Of a stretch of 29,733 bases of DNA, positions 16,041 to 23,564 are shown one piece after another. The stretch is from the IMG/VR virus record IMGVR_UViG_3300037852_000247, positions 64,001 to 93,733 of that record; one strand, given 5' to 3'. Position numbers and translations under genes: made by a program. Source of the DNA: a virus (Duplodnaviria; Heunggongvirae; Uroviricota; Caudoviricetes). The notes beneath the pieces are model-generated. The model saw only the letters and a program-made list of their open reading frames with translations. It ran no database searches and had not been told where the DNA came from. Numbering within the stretch: the first letter of the stretch is position 1; each line of letters starts with the position of its first letter.

Positions 16041-16056
16041 CGCGACTGCGTGCTAG
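15853..16056 (+). CDS. Class I peptide-chain release factor domain fragment lacking GGQ
   Basis: [38 protein letters not shown] aligns by eye to RF1/RF2 [24 protein letters not shown]...AM..L. Confidence 0.75.
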   Translation: MTYQCRDSHVRIIHLPTGIVVGCQGKGSPIKNRQEAMRMLRSRLVAREREERIAFCEAVLATRATAC

Positions 16057-16067
16057 GATCCTGGCTC

Positions 16068-16295
16068 ATGGCGACTAGCGGCATCGCCGGTGAGGGTTAT
16101 CGTTACCGGCATCAGAAATTCACCGAGCACGAAAAGGGCATTGTCGCGCTTGGGATCGAGGCGAAATTATCGGACGCAAGCATCGCGCGCCTTCTGGGGC
16201 GCCCAACGAGTTCGGTCACAAACCTTCGCCAGAGACGCGGGATGGACAAGAAACGTGGCCGCGGTCTTTGGAAAGCCCTCGCGATCGAGTTGTGA
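16068..16295 (+). CDS. Small HTH DNA-binding protein
   Basis: FTEHEKGIV...LSDASIARLLGRPTSSVTNLRQR. Confidence 0.7.
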   Translation: MATSGIAGEGYRYRHQKFTEHEKGIVALGIEAKLSDASIARLLGRPTSSVTNLRQRRGMDKKRGRGLWKALAIEL

Positions 16296-16478
16296 ATGAC
16301 CATCCTCGTTGATACGTGCCCGCCCTGCGGTGGCTCTGGGCTACGGCCGCGGCAAGGCACGGAAGCCGACGCCGACATGCACCCGATCCTTTCCAAGCAA
16401 GGCACGCTATGCGAGCGCTGCGGTGGATCGGGTAAGGCGAAGCTTACGCCGGAAGAGATTGCCAGTCGCAGTAAATAA
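16296..16478 (+). CDS. DnaJ-type Zn-finger mini-protein
   Basis: CPPCGGSG and CERCGGSG (CxxCxGxG). Confidence 0.75.
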   Translation: MTILVDTCPPCGGSGLRPRQGTEADADMHPILSKQGTLCERCGGSGKAKLTPEEIASRSK

Positions 16479-16507
16479 ACCTTTTAGGATGTGGTAAATG
16501 GCAGGCG

Positions 16508-16717
16508 ATGGCGGATACGGCTGTTAAAGCCCACGTCTGGACCGAATACCCCGACGGCTGGGCGCATTGCTCTGTGTGCGGCACTGCGCGGCGACCTGAC
16601 GGAGAAGTGCTCTTCGGAGCACCCGTGCTCTTGGGCGGCGCCAGCCGGCGCCCTTGCGAGCCTGCGTCTACCCGCCGCATGATTGATGGCGTGACCGTGG
16701 ACGGGCCACCGTCATGA
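16508..16717 (+). CDS. Small hypothetical protein (H...CSVC...C)
   Basis: ORF in the run of small genes. Confidence 0.5.
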   Translation: MADTAVKAHVWTEYPDGWAHCSVCGTARRPDGEVLFGAPVLLGGASRRPCEPASTRRMIDGVTVDGPPS

Positions 16718-16736
16718 TCTCAGGTAAAATCGACGC

Positions 16737-17024
16737 ATGGGCATCACCTTTTACGACATCCAATACTCGTTGCGGTACCTCCACCCGAAGCCGCTCGCCG
16801 TAGATGAAGTCCTTGGGCTGCTGAGGCGGGGGGCCTATGAGCTGGAGGGCGAACCGGTTCCCAACATGCGCCTCGTAGACCTGCGCACTCTGGAGGAAGT
16901 CACGGGCCACATCCTTGAGGCGGACGAACCGCATATCGTCTGCTGCGAAGGCGGCGATGACCTCCCGCTGCTTCTTGAGCATTTGAGATCGGTCATCAAA
17001 CGAATAGCGATGGACGAAAACTGA
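16737..17024 (+). CDS. Hypothetical protein (95 aa)
   Basis: ORF with normal composition. Confidence 0.6.
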   Translation: MGITFYDIQYSLRYLHPKPLAVDEVLGLLRRGAYELEGEPVPNMRLVDLRTLEEVTGHILEADEPHIVCCEGGDDLPLLLEHLRSVIKRIAMDEN

Positions 17025-17036
17025 TGGGGCCGCTTT

Positions 17037-17393
17037 TCATTTCCGGCGATACAACCAGTCGTAGATTGATGTAGGTAAAGAGCGGTTGTCGTCAGGGGGC
17101 AGAGCGATGGCGCCACCCAAAGTCTCGATATTGAAGATCCTTCGCAATTGGTCAGCTTCACTCTCCTTATTCCCGGAGAGATACCAGCCCCTTATCGCCG
17201 GTCTTGCCGCCGCAAGCGCCTCGCCAACTTTATCGTCGGCTTCGCCTCGCTCAACGCGCTGAGCGACTTCCTCCAACGTTATTGCAAGATCCCGTTCTTC
17301 CGCTGCGCGCCCCTCGTAGAACTCAGTCATCTCTCTGATGCGATAGACGCGGTCTCTGATCTGTCTTGCAAGTTCTGAACGAATATCCGTCAT
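17037..17393 (-). CDS. Hypothetical helical protein on the opposite strand
   Basis: GGAGG SD upstream of the ATG. Confidence 0.7.
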   Translation of the reverse strand: MTDIRSELARQIRDRVYRIREMTEFYEGRAAEERDLAITLEEVAQRVERGEADDKVGEALAAARPAIRGWYLSGNKESEADQLRRIFNIETLGGAIALPPDDNRSLPTSIYDWLYRRK

Positions 17394-17448
17394 CTCGGGA
17401 TCCTCCGAAAGCGGACCCGATTATACCCCATGAAGGGACACCATCACA

Positions 17449-17646
17449 ATGGCAGCGGAGCTTTCCGACCACGACGCGCTCGTGGAGCAGCTGCGCGCGC
17501 ACAAGACTAGTGTGCAGCGGGTAGCAGACCTCTCCTACGCGGCTGCGCACGCAGCGCTGAATACCGGCACGCAGCGCGAAATGGAGCGCGTCGGGAACAA
17601 GGCAACGGATCTCGTAATCGCGCTCGGGGCGCTGCGCCCGGATTAA
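17449..17646 (+). CDS. Hypothetical protein (65 aa)
   Basis: High GC3, helical. Confidence 0.6.
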   Translation: MAAELSDHDALVEQLRAHKTSVQRVADLSYAAAHAALNTGTQREMERVGNKATDLVIALGALRPD

Positions 17647-17694
17647 CTGTCCGGCGTTCCGAGTCTTCCGCTTTTCCCACCAAAGGGGTTCTCA

Positions 17695-18225
17695 ATGGAC
17701 AGCGTCACACTGATCTGCCCGCCGGGAGCGAGCGACGCCCAAATTTCGCACGGCGCCACGAATTACCGCCCGTATCTGGCCGACCCGCGCGACCCCGAAA
17801 GCGACTATCACGTCATCGTGCCGCCCCATGTCGCCGAACACTTGCTCCACAAAGGAGGTTTTGCATTGGCCCAGGTTTACATTCTCCAGTCCGCCGGCAG
17901 CGTGCGGATGATCGCCCGCTCCGGAGCATCGTCCTGCAGTTGGGGCGGTCGGACCTTCGAGCCCGATGAGGATGGCGCCGTAACGGTGCCGGTCGAGGCG
18001 ATGGCGGATCTCAGCCCGCCCACCCATGACTTCGTGCCGTACAACGAGGCCCTCGCGCCCAAGCACGAGGAGACGCCTGCAGTAGCAGCGGCAGCACCAC
18101 CCAAGCCCAAGCAAACGGTCGAGGGCGGCGTGAACACCAAATTGCCGGAAGATCCGAAAGGGTCCCCGCATCCCGACGAGGTCCCGGTGCCAGCGAAGAA
18201 GCCGGTTCCCGACGCCAAGGTGTAA
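17695..18225 (+). CDS. Hypothetical protein, possibly virion-associated, with two similar halves and a Pro/Lys-rich tail
   Basis: TLICPPGASDAQISHGATNY vs RMIARSGASSCSWGGRTF; high GC3. Confidence 0.6.
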   Translation: MDSVTLICPPGASDAQISHGATNYRPYLADPRDPESDYHVIVPPHVAEHLLHKGGFALAQVYILQSAGSVRMIARSGASSCSWGGRTFEPDEDGAVTVPVEAMADLSPPTHDFVPYNEALAPKHEETPAVAAAAPPKPKQTVEGGVNTKLPEDPKGSPHPDEVPVPAKKPVPDAKV

Positions 18226-18265
18226 GGAGTTCGTCGCCGCCCGGTGCCGCGCCGAGCTCGAATGC

Positions 18266-18475
18266 TCATTGCCTTCGCTCGGTTATTTCTTTGTCTATAA
18301 GTACAGAAGCCCCCACACCAAACCATCCAAAGGACGCCAACACCATTGCGATAGCGTCGCCCTTAACGATGGCTGCAATAGTAGCGATTACCGCCAAGCA
18401 TAAGCCAAAGAGAATTAGACTGTAGCCAAAATTTTCGGCTGCGGTGTACTTATTCTTGGCGGGATCATCCTCCAT
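18266..18475 (-). CDS. Two-TM membrane protein (69 aa), low GC
   Basis: FGYSLILFGLCLAVIATIAAIV and AIAMVLASFGWFGVGASVLI. Confidence 0.65.
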   Translation of the reverse strand: MEDDPAKNKYTAAENFGYSLILFGLCLAVIATIAAIVKGDAIAMVLASFGWFGVGASVLIDKEITERRQ

Positions 18476-18689
18476 TCGAAACCGCCGGGCGGTGCCCGCG
18501 ATTACGCCGCAGCGGTACGATATTGTCGTCGAGCGGCGTGTCGAGCAGCAACGGTTCCGCATCGCGCTCCCCATCCCCTCCGGGAAGATGGAAGTAGTGG
18601 TGGATCTCGATGCGCTGCGGCCGGCGCGCGGCGCGGCGCATCCGCCATGAAAAGACGATCAGGGCCAGGATGAATACGAGTTCCATCAT
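18465..18689 (-). CDS. Small protein with an N-terminal TM
   Basis: MMELVFILALIVFSWRMRR...; start overlaps the upstream TGA. Confidence 0.55.
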   Translation of the reverse strand: MMELVFILALIVFSWRMRRAARRPQRIEIHHYFHLPGGDGERDAEPLLLDTPLDDNIVPLRRNRGHRPAVSNGG

Positions 18690-18934
18690 TGGCGTGGTTC
18701 GAATAACTTGCCTTCGGGGCCGCAGTATCCAGCCGTCGATGCTCGTTCTTCGCTGCATAATCGAGGGTCTTCGTCGCCCCATACAGGATCGACGATCGTT
18801 AACTTAACGTGCGTGCAGTAGGCATGTGGAGTTCCAAGTATCGGAGGGCTGGCAGAACCAATACGCAGGTGCTCGATCTGGCGTGTGAACATGTGGATGC
18901 AGTCTTTGCAGAATTTCATTGCGTCCTCAGACAT
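18686..18934 (-). CDS. Cys-rich small phage protein
   Basis: FCKDCIH...YCTH...C..ER...CGPEGKLFEP. Confidence 0.7.
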   Translation of the reverse strand: MSEDAMKFCKDCIHMFTRQIEHLRIGSASPPILGTPHAYCTHVKLTIVDPVWGDEDPRLCSEERASTAGYCGPEGKLFEPRQ

Positions 18935-19019
18935 TAGGATCTCCCTCGCACATTACTCCTATTGGCCCGACGCGCAACCCGAATTCGAGCTGCTGGAAGC
19001 ACCCGGACCGCCAGCCCGT

Positions 19020-19208
19020 TCAATGGCCGAATGCGCCAAGGCCAAAGACAAAGAAGAACACGAACCCAAAGAATACCCGCTTTTCTGTTGGAAACATGCC
19101 TCGATCCCACCTCGCCTGTTCCTCAAAAGAGGCGTTCATCCAATGAAACATCAGCACGAAATCTATCATCAAAAGCGCTAGGCTCGGAATCGAAATGAAC
19201 CAAGGCAT
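19020..19208 (-). CDS. Two-TM membrane protein (62 aa)
   Basis: GGAG SD before ATG 19208; ISIPSLALLMIDFVLMF and VFFGFVFFFVFGLGAFG. Confidence 0.6.
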   Translation of the reverse strand: MPWFISIPSLALLMIDFVLMFHWMNASFEEQARWDRGMFPTEKRVFFGFVFFFVFGLGAFGH

Positions 19209-19222
19209 TACGCCGTCTCCGA

Positions 19223-19453
19223 TTATCGGTGCAATCTGAAACCTGGCACCTTCCGCAATTGAGAAAGCGGCCAATACCGATCACGCGCGTGAACGCGCCC
19301 AGGAACGACGATCGGCATTATCGAACATAGACTATCGATATTATACCACCCACACGGATATCCGGGACTGCTGGGGCTGTAGGTGCTCGTCGTCAACGGC
19401 GGCAAACTGCCGATGACGCAACCGTTATCATCCACCACCAGCAACCTGCCCAT
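19223..19453 (-). CDS. Hypothetical protein (76 aa)
   Basis: GGAG SD before ATG 19453. Confidence 0.55.
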   Translation of the reverse strand: MGRLLVVDDNGCVIGSLPPLTTSTYSPSSPGYPCGWYNIDSLCSIMPIVVPGRVHARDRYWPLSQLRKVPGFRLHR

Positions 19454-19480
19454 CGAAATTCTCCAGGATTTGAACGTCCC

Positions 19481-19489
19481 TTTATAACA
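19481..19489 (-). promoter_or_regulatory. Extended -10 promoter driving the leftward 18266-19453 unit
   Basis: Minus strand TG-T-TATAAA about 28 nt upstream of ATG 19453; no good -35. Confidence 0.45.
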
Positions 19490-19633
19490 CTCCGCGACTG
19501 ACGCCGCTACGCCGGATCGCGCACGGACTCCGCCGGTGCTCCGGTGGCGCGTGTCCCCCCCACGCTCCTCTGGGTGGACCCCTTCCCGGACGGTAGCGGC
19601 CGACCGGGGCATCGGTGGAGACCTTTCCCAGCC

Positions 19634-20728
19634 ATGGCCTATGATCGTCACGTCGACCGCCTACCCCACTTCATTGCGCCCACCCCCAATAGCGCGCACG
19701 TTGCTATCGTCTACAAAAACTTCGCAGCAGCCAGGAACATCAGCCATATCGGTCTTGGGGTCACGGCTTTAACCAACGCCAAACTCCTGACCGCCGGCGG
19801 GATCTGGACAGAGGTCTGGCCGATCACCTCCGGCGATGACTTGCGCACGCGCCTTGCCAATGCGCAGCGTTCGACCCCGGCAACGCCGATCACCCACGTC
19901 GTGATCAGCGCGCCGTGGATACCGACCCAGCAGCTGGCCGCCATTGCCATGCTCTTCCATCAAGTGGATTTCACTATCGTCTCGCACAGTAACGTCGGAT
20001 TTTTGCAAGCCGACCCGAGCGGCCTCACGCTGTTGCGCCAAGTTGCCGATCTCCAGACCGGCACCGTCAACGTTCATATCGGCGCGAACAGTCAGAAGTT
20101 CATTGCATGGTGGCAGGAAGTCTACCAGGAGCCGATGCGATGGCTCCCCAATATGTATGCGGTCTCGACCGCTCGCTTCGTGCCGCAAATCTTTCAGGGC
20201 GGCGGTGTCCTGCGCATCGGATCGTTCGGCGCAATCAGGCCGCTCAAAAACATCCTGACTGCCGGCGGCGCGGCGCTCGCGATCGCTAACCGCGTTCAGT
20301 CCAACCTCGAATTCAACATCTCGTCCGGCCGGGCCGAAGGCGGGGGCGATACCGTGCTGCGCGGCCTCATTGCAATGTTTGACGGGTTGCCGAACGCCAC
20401 GATCGTCTACAACAATTGGGCGTCGTGGCCGGCCTTTTTGCGCACGGTGCGCAACATGGATCTGCTGCTGCAACCCTCCTATACCGAGAGCTTTTCCATG
20501 GTCACCGGCGATGCCGTCGGACAAGGCGTGCCGGTCGTCGGCTCCGACGCAATCACCTGGCTGCCGCGGCGATGGATCGCGTCAAACGACGATGCTCTCG
20601 ATATTGCCGATGTCGGGACGGCGCTGCTTTTTGTGCCCAATGCCGCGCATAAGGGCATGGACGCCCTGCAACGCCACAATGATGCCGGGCTGCGGTCCTG
20701 GTCGGGCATCGTGCTCGGGACCGGATAA
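19634..20728 (+). CDS. GT-B glycosyltransferase (GT4-like)
   Basis: SHIGLG; LRIGSFGAIRPLKN; MDLLLQPSYTESFSMVTGDAVGQGVPVVGS (ExxxxxxxE-type donor motif with Asp at the second position); GGAG upstream of ATG 19634. Confidence 0.85.
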   Translation: MAYDRHVDRLPHFIAPTPNSAHVAIVYKNFAAARNISHIGLGVTALTNAKLLTAGGIWTEVWPITSGDDLRTRLANAQRSTPATPITHVVISAPWIPTQQLAAIAMLFHQVDFTIVSHSNVGFLQADPSGLTLLRQVADLQTGTVNVHIGANSQKFIAWWQEVYQEPMRWLPNMYAVSTARFVPQIFQGGGVLRIGSFGAIRPLKNILTAGGAALAIANRVQSNLEFNISSGRAEGGGDTVLRGLIAMFDGLPNATIVYNNWASWPAFLRTVRNMDLLLQPSYTESFSMVTGDAVGQGVPVVGSDAITWLPRRWIASNDDALDIADVGTALLFVPNAAHKGMDALQRHNDAGLRSWSGIVLGTG

Positions 20729-21603
20729 TGGAAGACCGCGACGACACTGGACCGAGGCAAACCTCGCGCGGCTGGACGCCAGATCCGGATCCGACGCTCC
20801 TCACCACGGAGCAGTCCGGGCGACTGCGCGAGGAGATGTATCGCGCGGTTGGGAATTCTCGCGAGCTTACTGAGGCCCATTTGGAGGGACTGAGCACATC
20901 AGTCTCTGATTTCCACGCCAGGATCCCTAACGACATAAAGGACGCTTTAGCGCATCTCCGCGAACTGTTCGTAGAGAAACTCGCGGGCCTGCGAGACGAA
21001 GCCAATCAGAAGTTTTCAGGCATCGCGTTGCAGTTTTCCGAACGAGACGTGCGGACGACTCAGGCCTCCGAATTAAACAGGACCATGGTCGAACAAGCCA
21101 CCGTGGCGAGTAAGACCGCGATTGACGCGGCATTCCTGGCAAATCAAAAATCGGCGGACGCTAACGCCGAATATGTGGATAAATCCATTACCAAAAGCGA
21201 GGCGGCTACCAAAGAGGCGATCGTCGGCATGCAGGCGCTTTTGACGGGCTCGATCAACGACATTCGCGGACAGATCGCGGGCCTCACGAGCCGCCTGGAC
21301 CGAGGCGAGGGAGCTGACAAAGGATTGAGAGACAAAGATTTCGACCGCCGCGGTAATGTCGGGATGATCGTCGGAATGGCAAGCCTCGGCGCGACCCTAG
21401 TCGTGATGATCGTAGGCGCGGTGATGTTCGTCGCCGTACATGCTGCTGCCCCTGCCCCTGCCCCTGCCCCTGCCCCTGCCCCTGCCCCTGCCCCTGCCCC
21501 TGCCCCTGCCCCTGCCTATGGTTACAATGCGCCGCCAGCTCAATGGCCGACAGCCGTCCCGACCGCTCCCGGCGGAGCGCAAGCCACGCTCCCGGCGAAG
21601 TAA
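20728..21603 (+). CDS. Coiled-coil membrane protein with a C-terminal TM and (AP)n tail
   Basis: PDPDPTLLTTEQ, heptad-like helices, TM IVGMASLGATLVVMIVGAVMFVAV, then AP repeats. Confidence 0.8.
   Translation: MEDRDDTGPRQTSRGWTPDPDPTLLTTEQSGRLREEMYRAVGNSRELTEAHLEGLSTSVSDFHARIPNDIKDALAHLRELFVEKLAGLRDEANQKFSGIALQFSERDVRTTQASELNRTMVEQATVASKTAIDAAFLANQKSADANAEYVDKSITKSEAATKEAIVGMQALLTGSINDIRGQIAGLTSRLDRGEGADKGLRDKDFDRRGNVGMIVGMASLGATLVVMIVGAVMFVAVHAAAPAPAPAPAPAPAPAPAPAPAPAYGYNAPPAQWPTAVPTAPGGAQATLPAK
21448..21516 (+). repeat. Perfect hexanucleotide tandem repeat (GCCCCT)x11 + GCC
   Basis: Counted directly; in frame, encodes (Ala-Pro)11. Confidence 0.97.
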
Positions 21604-21608
21604 GACCG

Positions 21609-21863
21609 ATGAACGGATCGAAGTCGAATCAATCCCTCGCAAGCACGCTTGCCCAGCTCCGCGAAAAGGGCTGGTGCGTCGCGGCCCATCATGAATTCGA
21701 AATGCATAAGCAGCTGCGCACGTTCTGGCTTTTCACTCATCCGTGCGGCCGATGGATCAAGGCCGAAGGCGCGGCGACCTCCGAGATGCTCGTCCTGCAG
21801 CTCGCCCTCGGCGACGCGCTCGATCATCACTGCGACACAACAAAACCGGACGACCAAATATGA
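21609..21863 (+). CDS. Hypothetical phage protein (84 aa)
   Basis: LREKGWCVAAH...FWLFTHPCGRWIKAEG. Confidence 0.7.
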   Translation: MNGSKSNQSLASTLAQLREKGWCVAAHHEFEMHKQLRTFWLFTHPCGRWIKAEGAATSEMLVLQLALGDALDHHCDTTKPDDQI

Positions 21864-22096
21864 TGACAAAGATATCTTTGCGCCTCGCAGCTTTTGCCTT
21901 TGGATTGGGGGTCACGTTGCCAGCGACCTCCTTTGCCTTTGTCGAGAGGCAGTGTTGGCAGCCGGGTCACAGGGAATGGATGTGCGAGCCGGTCCCTCAT
22001 CCGGAATGGCGCGACGAGCATCATCGAGACTGGCACCCGGTGCCGTTGCACGAAGAGCGTCAATGGAATCACGAACACGAGCACGACCACCGATGA
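21860..22096 (+). CDS. Small exported His/Trp-rich protein
   Basis: Signal peptide MMTKISLRLAAFAFGLGVTLPATSFA, then WRDEHHRDWH..HEHEHDHR. Confidence 0.7.
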   Translation: MMTKISLRLAAFAFGLGVTLPATSFAFVERQCWQPGHREWMCEPVPHPEWRDEHHRDWHPVPLHEERQWNHEHEHDHR

Positions 22097-22332
22097 TGAC
22101 AAAAAAGACTGCTGACTTTATCTGGCCTGTCTGGCTCACCGCGGTCGTTAGTTCGTTCGCCGTGCTGGAGGGCCACGCAATCATGACTGGCGAGGACACG
22201 CTGAGCCGGGCCACATGGAAGACCACGAAGGCGTGGCCACCACTTGCCGTCGTCTACGGGATGTTGTTTGGCGGGCTGGCTGTCCATTTCTTCTGGACCA
22301 ACGAAGGTTTGGACGTACCCAAGAGCGAGTGA
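22093..22332 (+). CDS. Two-TM membrane protein (holin-like size, unproven)
   Basis: IWPVWLTAVVSSFAVLEG and LAVVYGMLFGGLAVHFFW; ATGA overlap. Confidence 0.6.
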   Translation: MMTKKTADFIWPVWLTAVVSSFAVLEGHAIMTGEDTLSRATWKTTKAWPPLAVVYGMLFGGLAVHFFWTNEGLDVPKSE

Positions 22333-22377
22333 GCGCGACGACGCGAATCGTCATAAATACGAAGAAGGAAACGTGAC

Positions 22378-22545
22378 ATGGAACTATTGCTCATCATCGT
22401 CGTACTGCTTGTCATCTTTGGCGGATTTGGCTATTACCACGGCGGCGGCGGGTTCGGCGGCGGAAATCTGATCTGGTTAATTGTGGTGGTGATCGTGCTG
22501 CTGGCCATCTTCGGCGGCGGCGGCCACTACTTCGGACGGTGGTGA
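22378..22545 (+). CDS. Gly-rich two-TM peptide, DUF3309-like (55 aa; not in the ORF track)
   Basis: MELLLIIVVLLVIFGGFGYYHGGGGFGGGNLIWLIVVVIVLLAIFGGGGHYFGRW; AAGGA SD. Confidence 0.7.
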   Translation: MELLLIIVVLLVIFGGFGYYHGGGGFGGGNLIWLIVVVIVLLAIFGGGGHYFGRW

Positions 22546-22549
22546 CACG

Positions 22550-22756
22550 ATGTCCTTTTTCAAGACAGCGATATGGATGCTGTTCGGGCACCGGCCAAAA
22601 GGCTTGGTGCTCACCGACGTCGAGATAGCCAATATCAAACGGCTGTCCGCAACGGGCAAATACCGTCAGGACGACCTAGCCGATATCTTCGGCGTCAACC
22701 AGAGCACGATCAGTCGCATTGTGACCGGCGAAACCCATTTGCGGCCGGATAGTTAA
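22550..22756 (+). CDS. HTH protein resembling the C-terminal DNA-binding domain of phage HNH endonucleases
   Basis: LTDVEIANIK...YRQDDLADIFGVNQSTISRIVTG. Confidence 0.7.
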   Translation: MSFFKTAIWMLFGHRPKGLVLTDVEIANIKRLSATGKYRQDDLADIFGVNQSTISRIVTGETHLRPDS

Positions 22757-22780
22757 TGGGTCGTCCCTAATATCATAGCA

Positions 22781-22872
22781 ATGGTCTCGGGCTCGCGCTC
22801 TCAGTCATAGCGTTCAAAGTAGTGGCAGCAGAACCCATCACGTAATATCCGCGCGATGGTCTCGGGCTCGCG
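22781..22872. repeat. Perfect 17-nt direct repeat (22781-22797 and 22856-22872)
   Basis: atggtctcgggctcgcg twice; encodes REPETI on the minus strand. Confidence 0.95.
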
Positions 22873-23031
22873 GTCGATCAGCTTCAATAGAATGAGCCCC
22901 AACGCCGGCGGCGACCGGCGACCCTGCTCGTATTGCTGGAGCGTCCGCTCGGGCAGCTGGTAGCGCGCGGCGAACGCCGCCCGGGTGAGACCAAGGCGGC
23001 GACGCAATGCGAGAATGTCGAGACCGTTCAT
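22801..23031 (-). CDS. XRE-family HTH (HigA/antitoxin-like) regulator
   Basis: LRRRLGLTRAAFAARYQLPERTLQQYEQGRRSP...LLKLI.REPE. Confidence 0.85.
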   Translation of the reverse strand: MNGLDILALRRRLGLTRAAFAARYQLPERTLQQYEQGRRSPPALGLILLKLIDREPETIARILRDGFCCHYFERYD

Positions 23032-23035
23032 TAAG

Positions 23036-23275
23036 ATCGCTCAGCCCTCCCCTGTCGGCACGAATGCCGCGCAGGCGTTGATTTTATCATCCGCTGTGTA
23101 AGCGTGGCCCACCTCGACATATTCATAGCCCGCATGCGGACAACCAGTGACGCGCCGCCAATAGTTGGCGCAGACACGCCTCGCTCCGTGAACGGTCTTA
23201 GCATAGCCGATCAACTCGCCGTCATAGCGGCGCGTAAGCACGGGAATTTTTGCGGCCATCGCTCAGCCCTCCCCT
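23036..23275. repeat. Perfect 18-nt direct repeat (23036-23053 and 23258-23275)
   Basis: atcgctcagccctcccct twice; on the minus strand it contains a GGGGAGG SD; flanks the 23041-23259 gene. Confidence 0.95.
23041..23259 (-). CDS. Hypothetical protein (72 aa)
   Basis: SD in the repeat; ORF bounded by the repeats. Confidence 0.7.
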   Translation of the reverse strand: MAAKIPVLTRRYDGELIGYAKTVHGARRVCANYWRRVTGCPHAGYEYVEVGHAYTADDKINACAAFVPTGEG

Positions 23276-23507
23276 ACCAACTTACGACGGCAGTCACATC
23301 GTCGCCCACATAGGCGACGGATGTGCGGCCAGCGCATGAACCATATTTTGTAAACTCGGCACCTCTACCAGCCGTCTTTTTCGCGAGATCAAAGGCTTCT
23401 TTGCGCGTCAATTCACTCGCGATCATCGTGCTGGACACGCAGTCCCCAACCTCGGCCACAATGTAAACGCTATGGGTGCGCCGGCTGCGATTCGGGTGAT
23501 TGGTCAT
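23274..23507 (-). CDS. Hypothetical protein (77 aa)
   Basis: Preceded by the start-associated repeat. Confidence 0.75.
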   Translation of the reverse strand: MTNHPNRSRRTHSVYIVAEVGDCVSSTMIASELTRKEAFDLAKKTAGRGAEFTKYGSCAGRTSVAYVGDDVTAVVSW

Positions 23508-23564
23508 CTTCGTCTCCGCCCCTGATTCCCCGAGGCGCGGGCTGCCGATAGGGGGTCTCTCTCG

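Noticed and set aside
16068-16295. HTH as part of an IS30-like transposase
   Set aside because: No DDE domain, terminal inverted repeats or target duplication.
19495-19633. GC-rich multi-hairpin leader before the GT4 gene as a riboswitch or ncRNA
   Set aside because: Short stems are expected by chance at this GC content and no known aptamer motif was recognised; an Infernal search would be needed.
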